64,000 bases of DNA from Takakia lepidozioides (Eukaryota > Plantae > Bryophyta): contig CM060731.1 in NCBI GenBank assembly GCA_030704615.1, forward strand, positions 4,340,001 through 4,404,000, given 5' to 3'. The position numbers and the translations under genes were made by a program. Shown here piece after piece: positions 11,190-25,199 of the stretch. The notes beneath the pieces were generated by a model. The model was not told the origin of the DNA. It ran no database searches and was given only the letters and a program-made list of their open reading frames with translations. How positions within the stretch are numbered: the first letter of the stretch is position 1; each line of letters starts with the position of its first letter.

Positions 11190-13292
11190 TGCAACCGCCT
11201 CGGATGCGTTTTCCATTTCTGAGGCACGCACCCAATATGCCTCAACATGATGATAGCCCTTCCATTTCACGAGATACTCCGTTTCTCAATTCTTGAACCT
11301 CCTCGACTTAAGCACTGCTTCCACCTCATACTCAGGTTCATTTTCATGATCCAACAGCACAGGTGGCGGACGCAACACTTGATGCCGATTCGGACGCGCT
11401 TCATCTTTGAAGTAAGGCTTCAAAAGGGAGAGGTGGAATACCGGATGCACCTTGCTGTTTGCCGGCAGCTCCAATTCATACACATCCTCATTCATAACTT
11501 TCCGGATGTGAAAGGGTCCCGCATACAGAGGTACGAACTTCGGACTCACTTCCGGAGGTAGTAGGAAATTCTTGATGTTCAACCAAACCTCCGTGGCTGC
11601 CTCAAACTTAACTTCCCTCCGCTTTCAATTCGCTTGCCGTTCATACCGTTTCCTAGCTTTGGCAATGTTGTACTTTGCGAGCTTCAACAAACGTTCGCGT
11701 TCTACCAGCACCGCTGCTGCTGCCGGTTCCTCAACGTCTTGGGCGGCCCAACTTGTCGGCACCAGAGGTGCTTTTCCATAGTCCAATATGAAAGGGGAAA
11801 CTCCCGTTGCGGAGTGTTTTGTGTTATTATAACATAACTCTGCCGCATCCAAGTGCTCCACCCAGTCCGATTGGTCTGCCGACACGTAATTCCGCAAGAT
11901 CTGCTTCACCACGAAATTCACCCTTTCTGTTTGGCCGTCTGTCGTAGGTCGGAAGGCGGTGTTCATCTTGAGCCTCGTCCCCATCTTCTTCCAAAGTGCC
12001 CTCCAAAATTTACTCGTAAACTTTGGATCGCGGTCCGAGACAATATCCTTCGGGAGTCCATGATGCTTGAAGACGTGGGCGAAGTAAAGTCGCCCCGTCT
12101 CCTGCGCCGTTGCTGTTTCCTTGGTGGGGATGAAATGGCCCATTTTACTGAACCTATCCACCACCACCATGATCGCATCGAATCCTTTTGACAGCGGCAT
12201 AGCAGTCATGAAATCCATCGAGACACTTTCCCAAGACCCCTCTGGAATCGGCAAGGGTTGTAACAGCCCCGCTTGCTTTTTGTACTCGCTTTGGTTTTGT
12301 TGGCATGTGGTGCATGTCTTGACATTCTCTCAAGAGACTATCTCTGATCCCTCCCTTCGGCACGTAGAGACGCTTTTGCTTATACCGGAGCAGTCCATTT
12401 TGCAAATGGAACTGTGATTTAACCCGCATCCTCAAGTCACGCATCACGGACTTCGCCATCTCATCCTTCCGGTAAGCCTTCCGGATCTTCCTTTGGAGCG
12501 TCGTCTCGCCCCTGTACACCAACATGAGCTGCTGCTTTCTACTTAAAGCATCGGCCACCACATTGTCCCGTCCCGGTTTGTACTGGATATCCATGTCGAA
12601 CACCGCCAAAGTATCTTGCGTGGCAAAATACTTCACCATGACATTGTCCGTGAACACCTTCACCGGGTTGGAACCAACATAGTGGCGCCAAAGCTCAAGG
12701 CAATGAACCACCGCCTTTATTTCCTTCTCATGCATAGGCCACCGTCGCTCCACTTCATTCAGTTTCTTACTTTCGTAAGCCACTGGACGTCCATCCTGCA
12801 TGAGTACACCCCCTATTGCGAAGTCCAACGCATCCGTATGAATCTCAAATGGATGGTCGAACTCCGGGATTTTGAGGACTGGAGCTTCCACCATCTGCTG
12901 CTTCAACTCGGCAAAAGCTTGGCCACAAAAGGTGTTCCATACCCAGACTTTGGATTTACACAGAAGGTCTGACAGCGGCCCCGCGATCTTGGCAAAATTT
13001 CTCACATACACCTTCCTGCCATCCATTTTGATCCCATCCTGTGTAATCACATGCCCCAGGAACTCCACTTTTGTGACCCCAAATTCGCACTTTGAAGCTT
13101 TGGCATACAACTTTCCTTCTCACAATTTCTGGAACACCCTTTTGAGGTGCTCCAGGTGCTCTTCCTTTGTTTTCGAGTACACCAGTATATCGTTGATGTA
13201 TACGATCACAAAGTCATCCAACCACTCCTGGAAAAAGGCTGTTCATTAGCGTGCTAAAAGTCGCGGGTGCGTTGGTGCTCAAAAGGCATCAC
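11190..13292 (-). mobile_element. pol: Chromoviral Ty3/gypsy pol (RT C-half, RNase H, integrase, chromodomain); pseudogene
   Basis: MPF..TNAPATF, YINDIL, KCEFGVTKVEFLGH, FEIHTDA..IGGVLMQ, WESVSMDF..VVVDRFSKMGHF, DGQTER, GPF..YELELP..VHPVFHLSLLKPY, then the chromodomain EYEVEAVL..EYLVKWKGY. Multiple frameshifts and deletions. Confidence 0.92.
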
Positions 13293-16200
13293 CTTCTTCT
13301 TCCCTCTCCAAAGGTCGTGTTTCCAGTAATAACAGTCCTCTGTGCGGCTGTTCCCCATCTTGCACAAGAGCTATGGAAACATCATCATTTCGCGGTTCCC
13401 TTGAAGCTAGTGGATCGGCCACTATAGGCGTGTCCCTCTTTTGTCTCTTGGACTGGTGCCACCCTTCCAATCCACCTTCACCATGTGAAGAGCCCTACTC
13501 CTCAATTGCAGTGGTTGCTGCCTCAAACACTCCCATCTCCTTACGTTCTCGCGCATCAAGTATGCACTAATCAAGAATAATTTGCGCAATCACTGGGCCA
13601 GACACAACGATTGGAGACTTAGCAGCAGTGCCTTGTAACCACTTCATCTCTTCCACCAAACCATTGTACATTAAGTCCGCCCAAGCCACATCTTCCCCCC
13701 TCAAGGCTTTCAGTATCTCCTCCGTGAATGATCTGCTAAGGTATTGTTGGTTCTGTTTCATGGCAAACAGAACGTTCAGAACCTGACCAACTTCTTTTAA
13801 CCCTGGGTACTCGGCCTTGGTACAAGTGTATCCCTGAGTCTTAAAGAAACTCCCTTCTTGGAACAAATTGCCTATCTGCAATCTTGCCCTATGCTCATCG
13901 ACATTTACACGGCCTGGTGGCAATTCAAACAATTGCTGCAAGTATTGGGGAGTAATCTCTATATCTACTCCCCTCACTTGTGTAACTCCCGTCTGAGGTT
14001 CAAAATTCTGAATGAATTGTATCATGAATGCCCTATGATGCAAGGACCATTCCTTGCGTAGCAGTCCCTCCAATCGCAACTCCTTCCACAATTGCATTGC
14101 CTGAGGTGTAGCAATTGTCTGCTTCTGCAAAATCGTGGTGCTCTTCACCCTGACATCCTCCATTCCCCAAATTCTCTTCATTCCAGACAAACAAGATGGC
14201 CTTGTTTGAAATAGCTCTAAGAAAGCTTGCAAGGCGTAGAGCATAAAAGTACGGTTGGTACAGAATGGAACGGGTAAGTGCGTGTAAGCCTGTGGGGCTT
14301 GCAAGTATCGAGTGAGAGAGAATGTACTCTCAACCCGTCCGTCATTGCGCCACTGCGTAAAAAGTAAAGCGAGCGTATAATCTGTAATATCCGCCATAGC
14401 TACAAAGCTATAGCTTTGATTGCCCCTCCCGTTGAGACACTGGTTATTCGGAGTCACCCCGACTCTTCCGCTCATAACTCTTCTAATTTCTTGTTCTTGT
14501 TTCTTGGAGGAAACCACCTGCATGAAATTCTCGCTCCTGATCGGCTGTTGCCTCCTTGGGTAACTTCTTAATTTTACCCCCCTCAGTGGACATTCCCACC
14601 TGGAATGTCCACTAGGACAGCACATGTGGCAAAAGTCCCCATTTTCTGTACTCGTGAAGGGTTCCGTTACTTTTGCCTTGAATGCATTAATGGGTCCACA
14701 AATAGTTTTGGCTGATGTACCGGTTAGGTACTTTGATGGCCCAGTTTGTCCTCTTGCATGATGACATCTACTTTTGCAATATATGCACCGCGGTGTGCTT
14801 TGCCCTAGTGGCCACGTGTTCGTTTTTAGACATGCCTCCGTCTTCCCCTGTCCGCGTGTCACATTCTCCGAGTTTGACTTCCAAACTGTCATTTTACCCG
14901 CCGGCCACTTTTTTGACGTTAACCCGCATCCACCTGTCACTAACCCTATGGACTGTACCACCCGCGTGGGCTGTGTTAGGCTGTGACAGGTTGTGTCAGA
15001 CTGTGACGAGCTGTGATAGGCTGTGTGATACTGTGATGGGCTGTGATAGACTGTGTGACACTGTGGTGGGCTGTGATAAACTGTGTCACCCTTTGGTGGG
15101 TTGTGATAGACTGTGTCACACTATGGTCAGCTGTGATAGATTGTGTCACCCTGTGGTGGGCTGTGATAGCTATGCGAACACCTATACCTTCCGCCCTGGC
15201 CATACACACTCGGCTTAATGACAAGTGCTCCATACTCCGTTGGTATCACCGGTGCAGCCTGTGACTGTTTCTGTGTTTCAACATGCAAATCGTGCCGCAA
15301 TGGTTTGTCATGGATACCACTGTATCCCTTCAACTTATTGGCATTGACTCTTCCCAGCATCTCTTTGTTAATGGTTTGCAACATGGCTGTGTTGTTATCA
15401 TACATCCTCTGTATGCCATAACGTCCTTTCCATGGTGATTTAAGCTTAGAAGCTTTAATCTCTCCATTCTTCTGCAACCACAGTACCAAATCTCCCCGTC
15501 TTAAAAGTCTTTAATTTACCTTCATCAAACTGATCCTTCCTCCTCATCTGAATTCTGGTCATGTTATCTGCTGCATCAGCACATACTTCTTCCACATGGT
15601 ATAATTCATGTTTCCTGACCTTAGTTGAATCTTCCAATTCCATTCTTCTTCCCCATTCAGTTCTCATGGTAGGTAACAAGAACTCCACTGGAAGTAAAGC
15701 TTCCATACCATAACTAATTGGAATGGTGTATACTTAGTGGTGACTTTATATGAAGTCATGTATGACCACAAAGCTGTCAGCAGCTTTGTATCCCAATCTG
15801 TTATGTTTGCATTGACTATCTTAGCCAAGATAGTACATAGTATTTTGTTGGTGGCCTCTGCCTGCCCATTACCCTGTGGGTAATAGGTTGTAATCTTCAT
15901 ATGCACAATCATAAACTCTTTAGTCAATAATTCTATGGTCTCATTAATGAAGTGACTTTCCCTGGTCACTGATAAATTCCAGGGGACAACAAAATCTTGT
16001 AACTATGTTCTCATACAGGAACCTTGCTGTAGACTTAGCTGTGTTGTCCCTCAGAGCTTTAGCTTCCATCCACTTTGTAGTATAATCAGTGGCTGTGATT
16101 ATATACTTGTTCTGTGTATTTCTGGCTGGTGGGTTAATTGGTCCAACAAAATCTAGTCCCCATTTCTGAAATGGTTTAGTAGGCATCGTAGGATGCAAAG

Positions 16201-16329
16201 CCATCTTCCCAGATCTCTGCAATGGTCCTAGCCTCTGACACTCATCACAACTCTTGCAATATTTGTGTACATCCTTGAACAAGGTAGGCCACCAGTAACC
16301 TGCAAATAGTATCTTTCTACTGGTAGTCT
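13293..16329 (-). mobile_element. Non-chromoviral gypsy fragment A: integrase, 30-bp repeat, N-half of the long extension ORF
   Basis: GYWWPTLFKDVHKYCKSCDECQR, WGLDFVGP, ATDYTTKWMEA, YYPQGNGQAE, WKGRY..VNANKLKGY. Downstream 13567-14961 is homologous to the N-half of 29824-34446. Confidence 0.9.
14968..15170. repeat. 30-bp tandem repeat (~6-7 units) between integrase and extension
   Basis: Units of type GGCTGTGATAGACTGTGTCACNNTGTGGTG. Confidence 0.9.
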
Positions 16330-16465
16330 TGTTAGAAGGTTGTTTGGGACTTAGACGCTTTTACGGGTTCTGTGGGGTACCCTTAATTTTTGCGCAGACT
16401 GAGATCAACAGGAGCCTTAGAGGGGCAGGAGCAGGCTTTAGGAGGGTTAGACAGCTCATCACAGT
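16330..16465 (+). repeat. First ~135 bp of an LTR of the same gypsy family, abutting integrase in the opposite orientation
   Basis: TGTTAGAAGG..GGGTACCCTTAATTTTTGCGCAGACT matches the LTR starts at 19139 (+) and 29785 (-). Confidence 0.85.
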
Positions 16466-19110
16466 CTGTGCCATCACAACCAGTTGACTCGGTTGTCTCA
16501 GAGGTCCCTCAATTAGTACATGTTGTTGCACGAGAGCCTATTGCTCTGGAAGGAGAAGGGTTGGACATTCCCACTACAGAGCAGGTCGTGGCAGAAATTG
16601 AGAAGGGTGACCTTCTCTATGAAAACTTTGGCTTGGTCAGGGAACCAGTGGTACCAGAGGTGCAGAGTTTGACCAAAGAAATCCCTGCTGTGCATGTGAT
16701 GCCCAAACCTGTGGCGGAGGTTCCAGAGGTAGAATGTCAGGGCACTGCAGTGCCTGTGGAGAATGAGGTCGTTCAAGAAGAAGATCTTGTGGGAACGTGG
16801 CTTGAATGGTTGGTGAAACATCACATTGTGGAGGATCAAGGAGAACAGCAGCAAGTTCACCATGAAGATCCACAGCAGGCCATGCTTATGAGTTCCATAA
16901 GCATGACACTCAATTTGTTGGGCACTTATGTGAAATCCCATGTTCCATCTACCCAATTGGCAGCTTTCAGGGAGGAACTCAAGCAGGAGTTTGAGGCTAG
17001 AATTGCCACTGAGTGTGTAAACAAGGTGGATGTGGAGGCCAACCTCAAGTTGCAGAAAGAATTGGAGGACACCAAGGCTGCCCTGCAACTAGCAAAGGGG
17101 AATCTAATTGAAGTGGGTCTGGAGCAGGGGAAATTGCATGAAGCACGTAAGCAGCAGCTATACCAATTGCAGGTGCAGCATGAGGGCAAATTGTAGGAAG
17201 TGAAAGTGCTTCATACAGAGTTGGAGACAGTTCATCAAAGAATGACCATACAATGTGCCACACTAACAACTGCTCTGGAGCAAACTGCGTTAGAAGTTAA
17301 CAGACAATAGAGCAGGGGAAACTTATTGCTAATCTGAAGGCTACTCTTTGTCGCAATGATGATACTTTCCAACAGTACAGTCAGGTTGAGGCTGAGAATG
17401 AAAGGTTCATCCTGCAGTTGCAGCAATCACTCACGGGCCACAAGAATGAACTCTCTGTGGCTAACAAGGCTTGGAAGGAAGCCAATAATCTGGCTGCTGC
17501 CTATGTGGCCCTGGTTGAACCTCATGCAAAGCGCATGGAGGCTTTACAGCAGCAGTTAGATGTGTACAGACTCAAGGAGAAGCAGGCTCTTAGGGGTGTT
17601 ACACAAGACTTGGTGAATAATCATCTTATGCAAGTATGGTTAACACAAGAGCCGGTAGAAGGGAAGGCACCACAAAAGCTCACTCAGGGGGAGATGAATG
17701 ATCTTAGATTGTAGGTGCAGAACATTGCTACAATTACTATAGACAATGTCTATAGTAGGATAGCGGAGTTACAGGATGATGTAGAAGGCCTGCAAATTCA
17801 AGTGGATGACCTGAGTTCCAATATTGACAAAAGAGTCTTTGTTCCTGAGGAGCAGCTGGTGGTTACTTATTTGCATGCCAGGACTCTGATTTTCCAGCCT
17901 TCATCACAGGAGGTGCAAGAGTTGCCAGCAGTAGGAGGGACAGCGGCGGCAATATCACAACCTCTACAGCAGGTGGCTGTGCAGGTGGCTGACACTGTTG
18001 ATACCATGGCGCCACCACAGTCTGAGGTTTGGGGGGATGCTGCTTTCAACACACCTAGGACTCCTGCTGCGCGGGAGTACAATCGGTCTATGATTATGCC
18101 CTTCAACCAAATTCCCATTGTGATGGATTTGGCTTGGAAGGAATTCAGTCCTCCACAATCTTTGGCACATTATTACCAGATCATGCGCATTTGGTTGCCA
18201 GTGGCAACTCGGACTAAGGTTCTTCCGAACAATCGACCCATTGAGGATCATCATTTTGCAAGGTACTAGTCGGAGGCAAGCACCATGCTGAAGGAATTAA
18301 TTGCCTTCCAGGTTGTTCATGGGTACATCTACACCAAGACCAGGGAGGTATCTAGTATTGTCATGGGCTGTGGATTGTACTATGCTGCTTGTTTCATGGC
18401 ACGTTATCACATTGAGCAGCAGAAGATGCAATCACGATTTTTGAGTTATTCCAGTGGGGATCATTGGGTCTTACCTTCAGTTCCGCCCCATATGTATCTC
18501 TATGATGCGAAAGTCATGATGCAGAAGGATTCCCAGCTTCGTTCATGGTTTAATTTGGCTTGGAACAACTTGGTCAAAGAAAAATTGGGCCCTGATGATA
18601 TTTTCTATAAGGGACATGAAGCTTGGAAATACTTACACTGTTCCAAAGTCATTGGCACACCTCTCACCTATACGGCCAAGGAGTTCAGGGGGTTCACTCA
18701 TTGTGCTTGCAAGCGTTTACAGCAAGTAGTACAGTTTAAGCTTCCAGACATGGTGGGCCAACATTGTATGCCACGCAGGATTCCGGAGGAGCCACTTAAA
18801 GTTCGGCCACCAAAACACCTCAGGGGGGGAGATGATTTTGATACTACTGGTTCTTTAGAGGAACCTTTTGACATGGCGGAGGACTATGCACTCCAGATGG
18901 CAGAGAAGAAATGACGGGGATCTCCTATGCCTGAGAGGTTACCTTGTTATCAACCACAGGCGGGTCAGACATTTCCATTTGGTGCTCAATCACCTCCATC
19001 AGCCAGTGACAGGGCTCGAGCTCGCACACAGAGCCCTTCAAGAGACTCGCACCGTCAAAAGGGTGCTCGCTCACAAAGGTTTGCTGATCCTAAGCAGTAA
19101 ACCGTGAGGA
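16466..19110 (+). pseudogene. C-half of the gypsy extension ORF (coiled coil plus conserved C-terminal domain), with several stops and frameshifts
   Basis: GLDIPTTEQVVAEIEKGDLLYE, QQAMLMSSI, IMPFNQIPI..AWKEFSPPQS, SSGDHWVLPSVPPH all match the 1540-aa ORF. Confidence 0.9.
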
Positions 19111-19138
19111 CACGGCTTTTTGAGAGGGGGAGGGGTAA

Positions 19139-20049
19139 TGTTAGAGGGCTGTTTGGGACTTGAACGCTTTTACGGGTTCTGTGGGGTACCCTTAATTTTG
19201 CGCAGACTTACAGATGGTAGACTTAGGCCACACAAGTTTAGGGGTGGTAGACAGGCTAACACAATCAAGTCATGAGTTATCACAGCCCGACACAGCCCGT
19301 CACAGTCTATCACAGCTTGTCACAACCCGACACAGCTTTGCACAGCCAGTTACAGCCCGACACAGCTTTACACAACCAGTCACAGCTCGGCACAGTCACA
19401 GCCCAACACAATTTGGCACAGCCCATCACAACGCACGGAGGGAACGGTTATCATTAGCAGGGAACTACTGTGTGGGAACGACATCTGTAGAGGGAACGTG
19501 TTACTTCAGGGGTGACAGTTAGTTAGTTAGGCGGTTGGAATAGCTTGCAGGTAGATTAGGTAGAGCAGCACCAGGTAGGGGATTTCACGGGGAGCGCTTC
19601 TTGGTCATGCATGAGAGGAGATGAGGCGGAGAGCAAGAACGGGAGCAAGGATGGAGAGCACGGTGAAGGAGGAAAGATGAACAGTAGATGTTTGTTACAT
19701 GCAAAGCTGTAGTGATACTGTAGGGCAGATTAGAGTCACCATGGCATTGGCCTGATACCTGATAAATCATAATCTGATACTTATTCGATACAATCACACT
19801 GAGTAGAGAGACATGAGTGAAGCTGTGGAATGAATGGATGAGTGAATGGAACTTGGCAGATACTGAAGCAATCTGATGCTTCAGTATACACAGTAAGGTA
19901 AATTGCTAACATGAAGGCAAGAAGAAATACAAATAGGAAGCACAACCATGATTCACTAGCTGTAGGTCATGACTGATTGTTCTGAGCGGGCTGAGTGCTT
20001 AGAGATAACCAACTCTTCTATCTTGGAGTTTCCACCTCGGATAGCGACA
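19139..20049 (+). repeat. 3' LTR (with PPT GAGAGGGGGAGGGGTAA at 19122-19138) containing CACAGCC-type tandem repeats
   Basis: PPT followed by TGTTAG. Homologous along its length to 28715-29785. Ends ...AGCGACA. Confidence 0.85.
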
Positions 20050-20436
20050 TGCGGCGATCTCCCGCCCACTCCACCATGCGAGCATAACCTACACTGCGCT
20101 CTCACTCATCTCATCCTCTTCATGGTGTCTTAGGAACTCCCAAAGCTACCTACATTGCATGAAATCAAGCTCCGCAAGCTGCAAACCTCTGCGGAAAGAG
20201 TGACTTTGATAGTTCAAAAGTGAACTCACTGTGCTATGTCTTTCAGCAACTCCGCTTCAACGAGCTTGATGCGAGCAATGTTAGCTTCTTTTAGCCTCTC
20301 ATAGTCGATAATGGGTGCAGTGGCCGCGTGCTTGACCATCGCATGAGCACATCGCCTCCCTAAACGCAGCACGACGATCAAAATGTACAGAGGGGGGGGG
20401 GGGGGGGGGTCGAATGTGATAGGGGATAGGCGGAGA

Positions 20437-23400
20437 ATGAGTTTGCGAGACCACAACCTGTGGAGGTTTGAGGACGCCTACGCCACAACAAACAACCTGA
20501 AGAAAATGTTGTGTAGTTGCTCAGAGTGCCATGGTGGCAAGTGGCAGCTACGCAAGACAGTAAAGAATCACCTCCTCTTGCATCGCAGGGACCCAAACCT
20601 GAGGTACCCTACAGTTCCGGTACGCACTCCATACTTACTCCACACGCATTTCTCACCTGATGTCTCTGCTCAAGATGGGGTCCCATTTTTTGAAATCACC
20701 GGCAGTCAGGAGCGCCATGCCATGACTGCCTAACAAAACACGTGTCTCATAGACGTTGGCTGTGGGGCCGTGGGTAGTCATGGCCGTGACTACACTTTAT
20801 GCCGTTGCTAGTCCTAAGCACGGCTACACCTGTTTTCACAATCGCCTCCACACATGCACCAAAACACTTCAAGTAAGTAGATTAACGGGGGCGTTTCAAT
20901 CCTAGATTAGACTAACGTTGCGATTAGAGTTTGAGGATGAACCTCAAAGACAACCTTGGATCCGCAAGGATAGGTATTGATAATAGCCAAGCGCATTGTT
21001 GAACTGCTGAAGTGAATGAATCAAGCACAATTCCAAGAAGCAAAAAATGGCTTCGTTCCTGAACAGTATTTGAACTGGCCCAAGGCATACCAGCTGACAA
21101 CATTGACTTGTCATTTTGCGTTTGTTGATGTATCTGCACTGCTGAGTCATGCTTCAGTGCTGCAAATTGCAGGCTCACATTATGTATGATGAAGATTCGG
21201 ACGGGGAGGAAGGACCGTCCAGTCCTACACCTGAAACGAGGGGTGTGGGTGAACCTCACCAAGAACAACTTTTACAATAGGAGATGCAACGTGCTTTGCA
21301 AGAGGCTTTTGAAACAACTGACAAAATCAGAAGGGACGCGACTTGTCAAGTGAATGAAGATGAATTTGGCATTCCCCATGCAAGCACTGAGGAACCAGGC
21401 AATGCCACAAATTCGACTGGGCTGCACGACAGAGGATGAGAGGCAACAATATGAGGGAGACTACGACAAAATATACAGTGAGTCACAGATTCCTTTGTAT
21501 GAAGGGTGTCATCACAGTAGATTGACAGCAACTTTGATGCTGCTGAATTGTTGCACGACCCACAAGTGTACAAATGCGTTTGTGGATGAGCTCCTGTCAT
21601 TACTGAATGATTCATTTTTGCCTAAAGAGAATGCGTTACCGAAATCACATTATGAGGCAAAAACAATGATCGCCAGGATGGGGCTAGCATACAAACAGAT
21701 TCATGCCTGCGAACAGGGTTGTGTGTTGTTCCGTGGAGAGCTTGAAAAAGCGGAGATTTGCCCAAAGTGCCAAAGTGGAAGGTATTATGCAGGTCATGGG
21801 AAGGTGCCTAAGAAAGTTTTGCGGCACTTCCCTCTCATACCTAGGTTGAAACGAATGTTTAGAGTGAAATCGGTGGCAGAGCTCATGAGTTGGCATATCA
21901 ATCACAAAAGCAAGGATGGGCTCGTTCGTCATGCTGCAGACAGCAAAGCCTGGCCGCACATTGACAACACTTGGCCGGAGTTCGCATCAGATCCACGCAA
22001 CCTGCATCTTGGTTTGGCATTGGATGGGGTGAATCCTTATGGTGCAAAATCCACGAGTTGGTCAACGTGGCCCATCCTACTACTCAACTACAATTTACCT
22101 CCTTGGTTGGTGACCAAGAAATTCTTTGTCATGTTGTCGCTGCTCATTCCAGGGAAGGAGTCCGTGAAGATGGAGAACATTGATGTGTATCTCAAACCCC
22201 TCATGGAGGAGCTGGCGGAATTGTGGGTGGGAGTCCCAGCCCATGATGTGGCCAGCATTCGTGATGAACGGGCTTTCAACATGCAGGCCATCCTAATGTG
22301 GTGCATACACGACTTCCCAGCGTACGGCCTGCTAGCAGGTCAAGTTCACCAAGGCTATGTAGGTTGCCCTGCCTGTGGCTCTGGAGTTGCTTCGCGGTAT
22401 TTGGCAGCCTGTCACAAAATTATATTCCAGGGGCACCGGAGATTTCTTCCCACCGACCATGCATACAGGAGATCTAGGCTCTTCAATGGCGAACGAGAAA
22501 TGAGACATGCTCCACTGCTCCTGACAGGCAGTGAAATCAAGACGCATGCTAAGGAATACTCAAAATGGGTTGAGGATGAGGAATCAATCCCAGAGGCTGA
22601 TCCCTCAAAAATCCATGGTATCAAGCGGTTGTCCATTCTGTATCGTTTGCCTTATTGGGAGGTACGGGGACTCCTCACTCATGCTTGTCTATTTCGCATA
22701 TTTGTGCATAAGCATTTGTTTTTTATTCACAGATGTGTGTTAGTGTGTTGGCATATTTGTGTCACCATTTGACTTTATTGTGAATCGTTTTGGCACATGA
22801 ATTGTTGCACCTACTGATCCGCCACACCATTGACACGATGCATTGCGAGAAGAATGTCACTGAAAATATCATCAAGGCAATTGTTGGGGAAGAGGATACC
22901 ATGAAGGTGCGTCGTGACTTTGAGCTACAAGGCATTCGTCCTCACCTGTGGTTGCAAAGGCATCCCACGAGGGAGAACACATTTGTGATGCCCGCAGCGC
23001 CGTATGTGCTCACAGGAGATGAGCTAAGGGTGTTTCCTGAACACAATCACAAAGCAAAGTGCCAACGGGGTATGCATCTGCCTTTAAAAAACATGTTGTT
23101 AAAAAAAAAACTCTTACAATTAAAGTCACATGACTACCATGTGCTTATGCAGCAAGTTCTCCCTCTACGTGGTTTAATGGCTAAGGGCGTACGAAATGCC
23201 ATATCACGAGTATCCCGAGTGTTTCGCAAACTTTGTGCAAAAGTGGTTGATCCCAACGAGCACGAAGAGCTGAAGAAGGAGGTGACTGTCACACTCTGCC
23301 TCCTTGAAAAAGAGTTCCCACCCTTTTTTTTTTATATGATGACGCATTTGCTTATTCACCTAGTTGACGAGCTGGATTTGTGTGGCCCTATGACCTCCCG

Positions 23401-24770
23401 GTGGATGTACCCTGTGGAGCGGGCTATGAAGGATTAACAAAGGGTACGTTCGCAACATGGCAAAGCCCGAAGGCAATATGGCCGAGGGCTACATGTTTGA
23501 GGAGGCTCTTGGCTTTTGCACAGAGTACATGGCCAGTTTTGATGCTACTAGATGGAGAATGTGGGATGCAGGAGAGGAGGAATCCGTGTCTGGCTGCGTG
23601 TTGGAAGGAGTAGGGAAACCCCGCAAATTCACGGCAAACCTGTGTTCAGTTCTCCACCAGTACATCATTGAAAACTATCCTAGCATGTGCACCATGTTCG
23701 AGTAAGTGAGAAGCTCATTAACAAAGGTGGCAATACAACAGTTCATTGTTGATGTTTATGCCTGTTTATAGTTGCTGGTTGTCATGTAATTGCATTATGT
23801 GCATGTGTTGGTTCTCACGGGAGGGACACGTTCATATATGTCAGGATGTATGAAACAATTCGAGCACGTGTGGAGGCAAGTCGCTGGTTGTTTCTGCAGG
23901 AAGAACGTGCTGAAGGGAGGGCAGCACACGGGGAGGACTATGAGTACCCACCTGACTTGGCTCTTCCTCCCAAATATGCAGACTGGCTGGTTGATGCTGT
24001 GCGCTCACATGTGGCAAGGATTCCCAATTCCGAATCTGATCCCATGTATTGCCAAATGTTGGACTTGTCCAGGCCTCCTCATCGCAACTTCATACAATAG
24101 CATGTCAGCTTATGGAAACCACTACAGGGTGTCTTCAACCAATATTGGCACAAGTAGAGTGTCATATGACTCAGGGGTGTCATCTGTTTTCCACCATGTA
24201 TCTACAAACAATGCAAGAGAGGAGGTGGTAGAAAGCCTGCGATACGTGGGCGTCATTAGGGAGATACTGGAAATTGACTATGGGAAGACAAGGCCCATTG
24301 TGATGTTGTGTTCTTGGGTTCGGGCAAAGAAGGGGAGCCGCAATCAGCCTGCATCCATGAAGCAGGATGATTGTGGGTTCACATTGGTGAATTTCTCCCA
24401 AATGTTGGCTCCACAAGAGCAGCCATTTGTGCTGCCGTCACAAGTGGAACAGGTATTTTTCAGCACTTGTGTTCATGAACCTCGGTGGAATGTGGTCCTT
24501 GAGAAAAGCCCCAGATCTTCTCGGGTGGTTTGTGATGTGTCAATTGGTAACGATGATCTTCGTAGTGTGGAAGGCCTCTTAGCCCCTAAACGAATCAAAG
24601 AGACACATGTTGCAGGCCCGAATTTGGGCCAGACAATTGAAGTGACTCCCGAAGTTATTGCCTCACTATACAGGGATGTGCGCAACGAGGCCCCCATTGT
24701 GGTGGAGAATGACAGTACCGATGAGGAAGAAGATGACAGCGAGGACGAGCTGCCTGACGTCGATGTGTAA
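20437..24770 (+). pseudogene. En/Spm TnpD-like transposase (transposase-associated Zn domain, Transposase_21, DUF4218- and DUF4216-like regions); spliced, decayed
   Basis: LCSCSEC..VKNHLL, PLYEGC, IHACEQGCVLF, DPRNLHLGLALDGVNPY, STWPILLLNYNLPPW, HDFPAYG, IDTMHCEKNV, LKSHDYHVLMQ, MTHLLIHLV, RWMYPVER, YVGVIREILEIDY, PFVLPSQVEQVFF. Confidence 0.93.
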
Positions 24771-25199
24771 GGCTTTTATGGCAACATGCTTGTTCACTGC
24801 TATCCAGATTTCAAGAGGTCCATGGGTGGTAGTGAAGTTCACCTGTAGTGTAGAGGGGCAATAGATTTCTTGCAGGCTGCACTATGACTAGCACGCCATT
24901 ACCATGACTGTTAATGCTGGTTTGAACTTCTGGCAGAGCCACCACCATGGCTTGTGCAATTTTGTGCTATTGTTGAGAAGAACCCTTACCCATTCCCCTC
25001 ATTTTTGTCGGATGATGTTTCCATGTCACGATGCCACCAGTATGGAGGCTTTGCAGAAGTACCCACTCCACTTCAATTTTCAGAAGAAGCAATCTGCAAT
25101 TTCTTACTTTGCTGCATCATGCATGCTACACTCACATAGTCGTAATTCGTCTTTGTGCACAAGTCATACCCATGGCAAACACTGGCTGTAATCCAGCGT

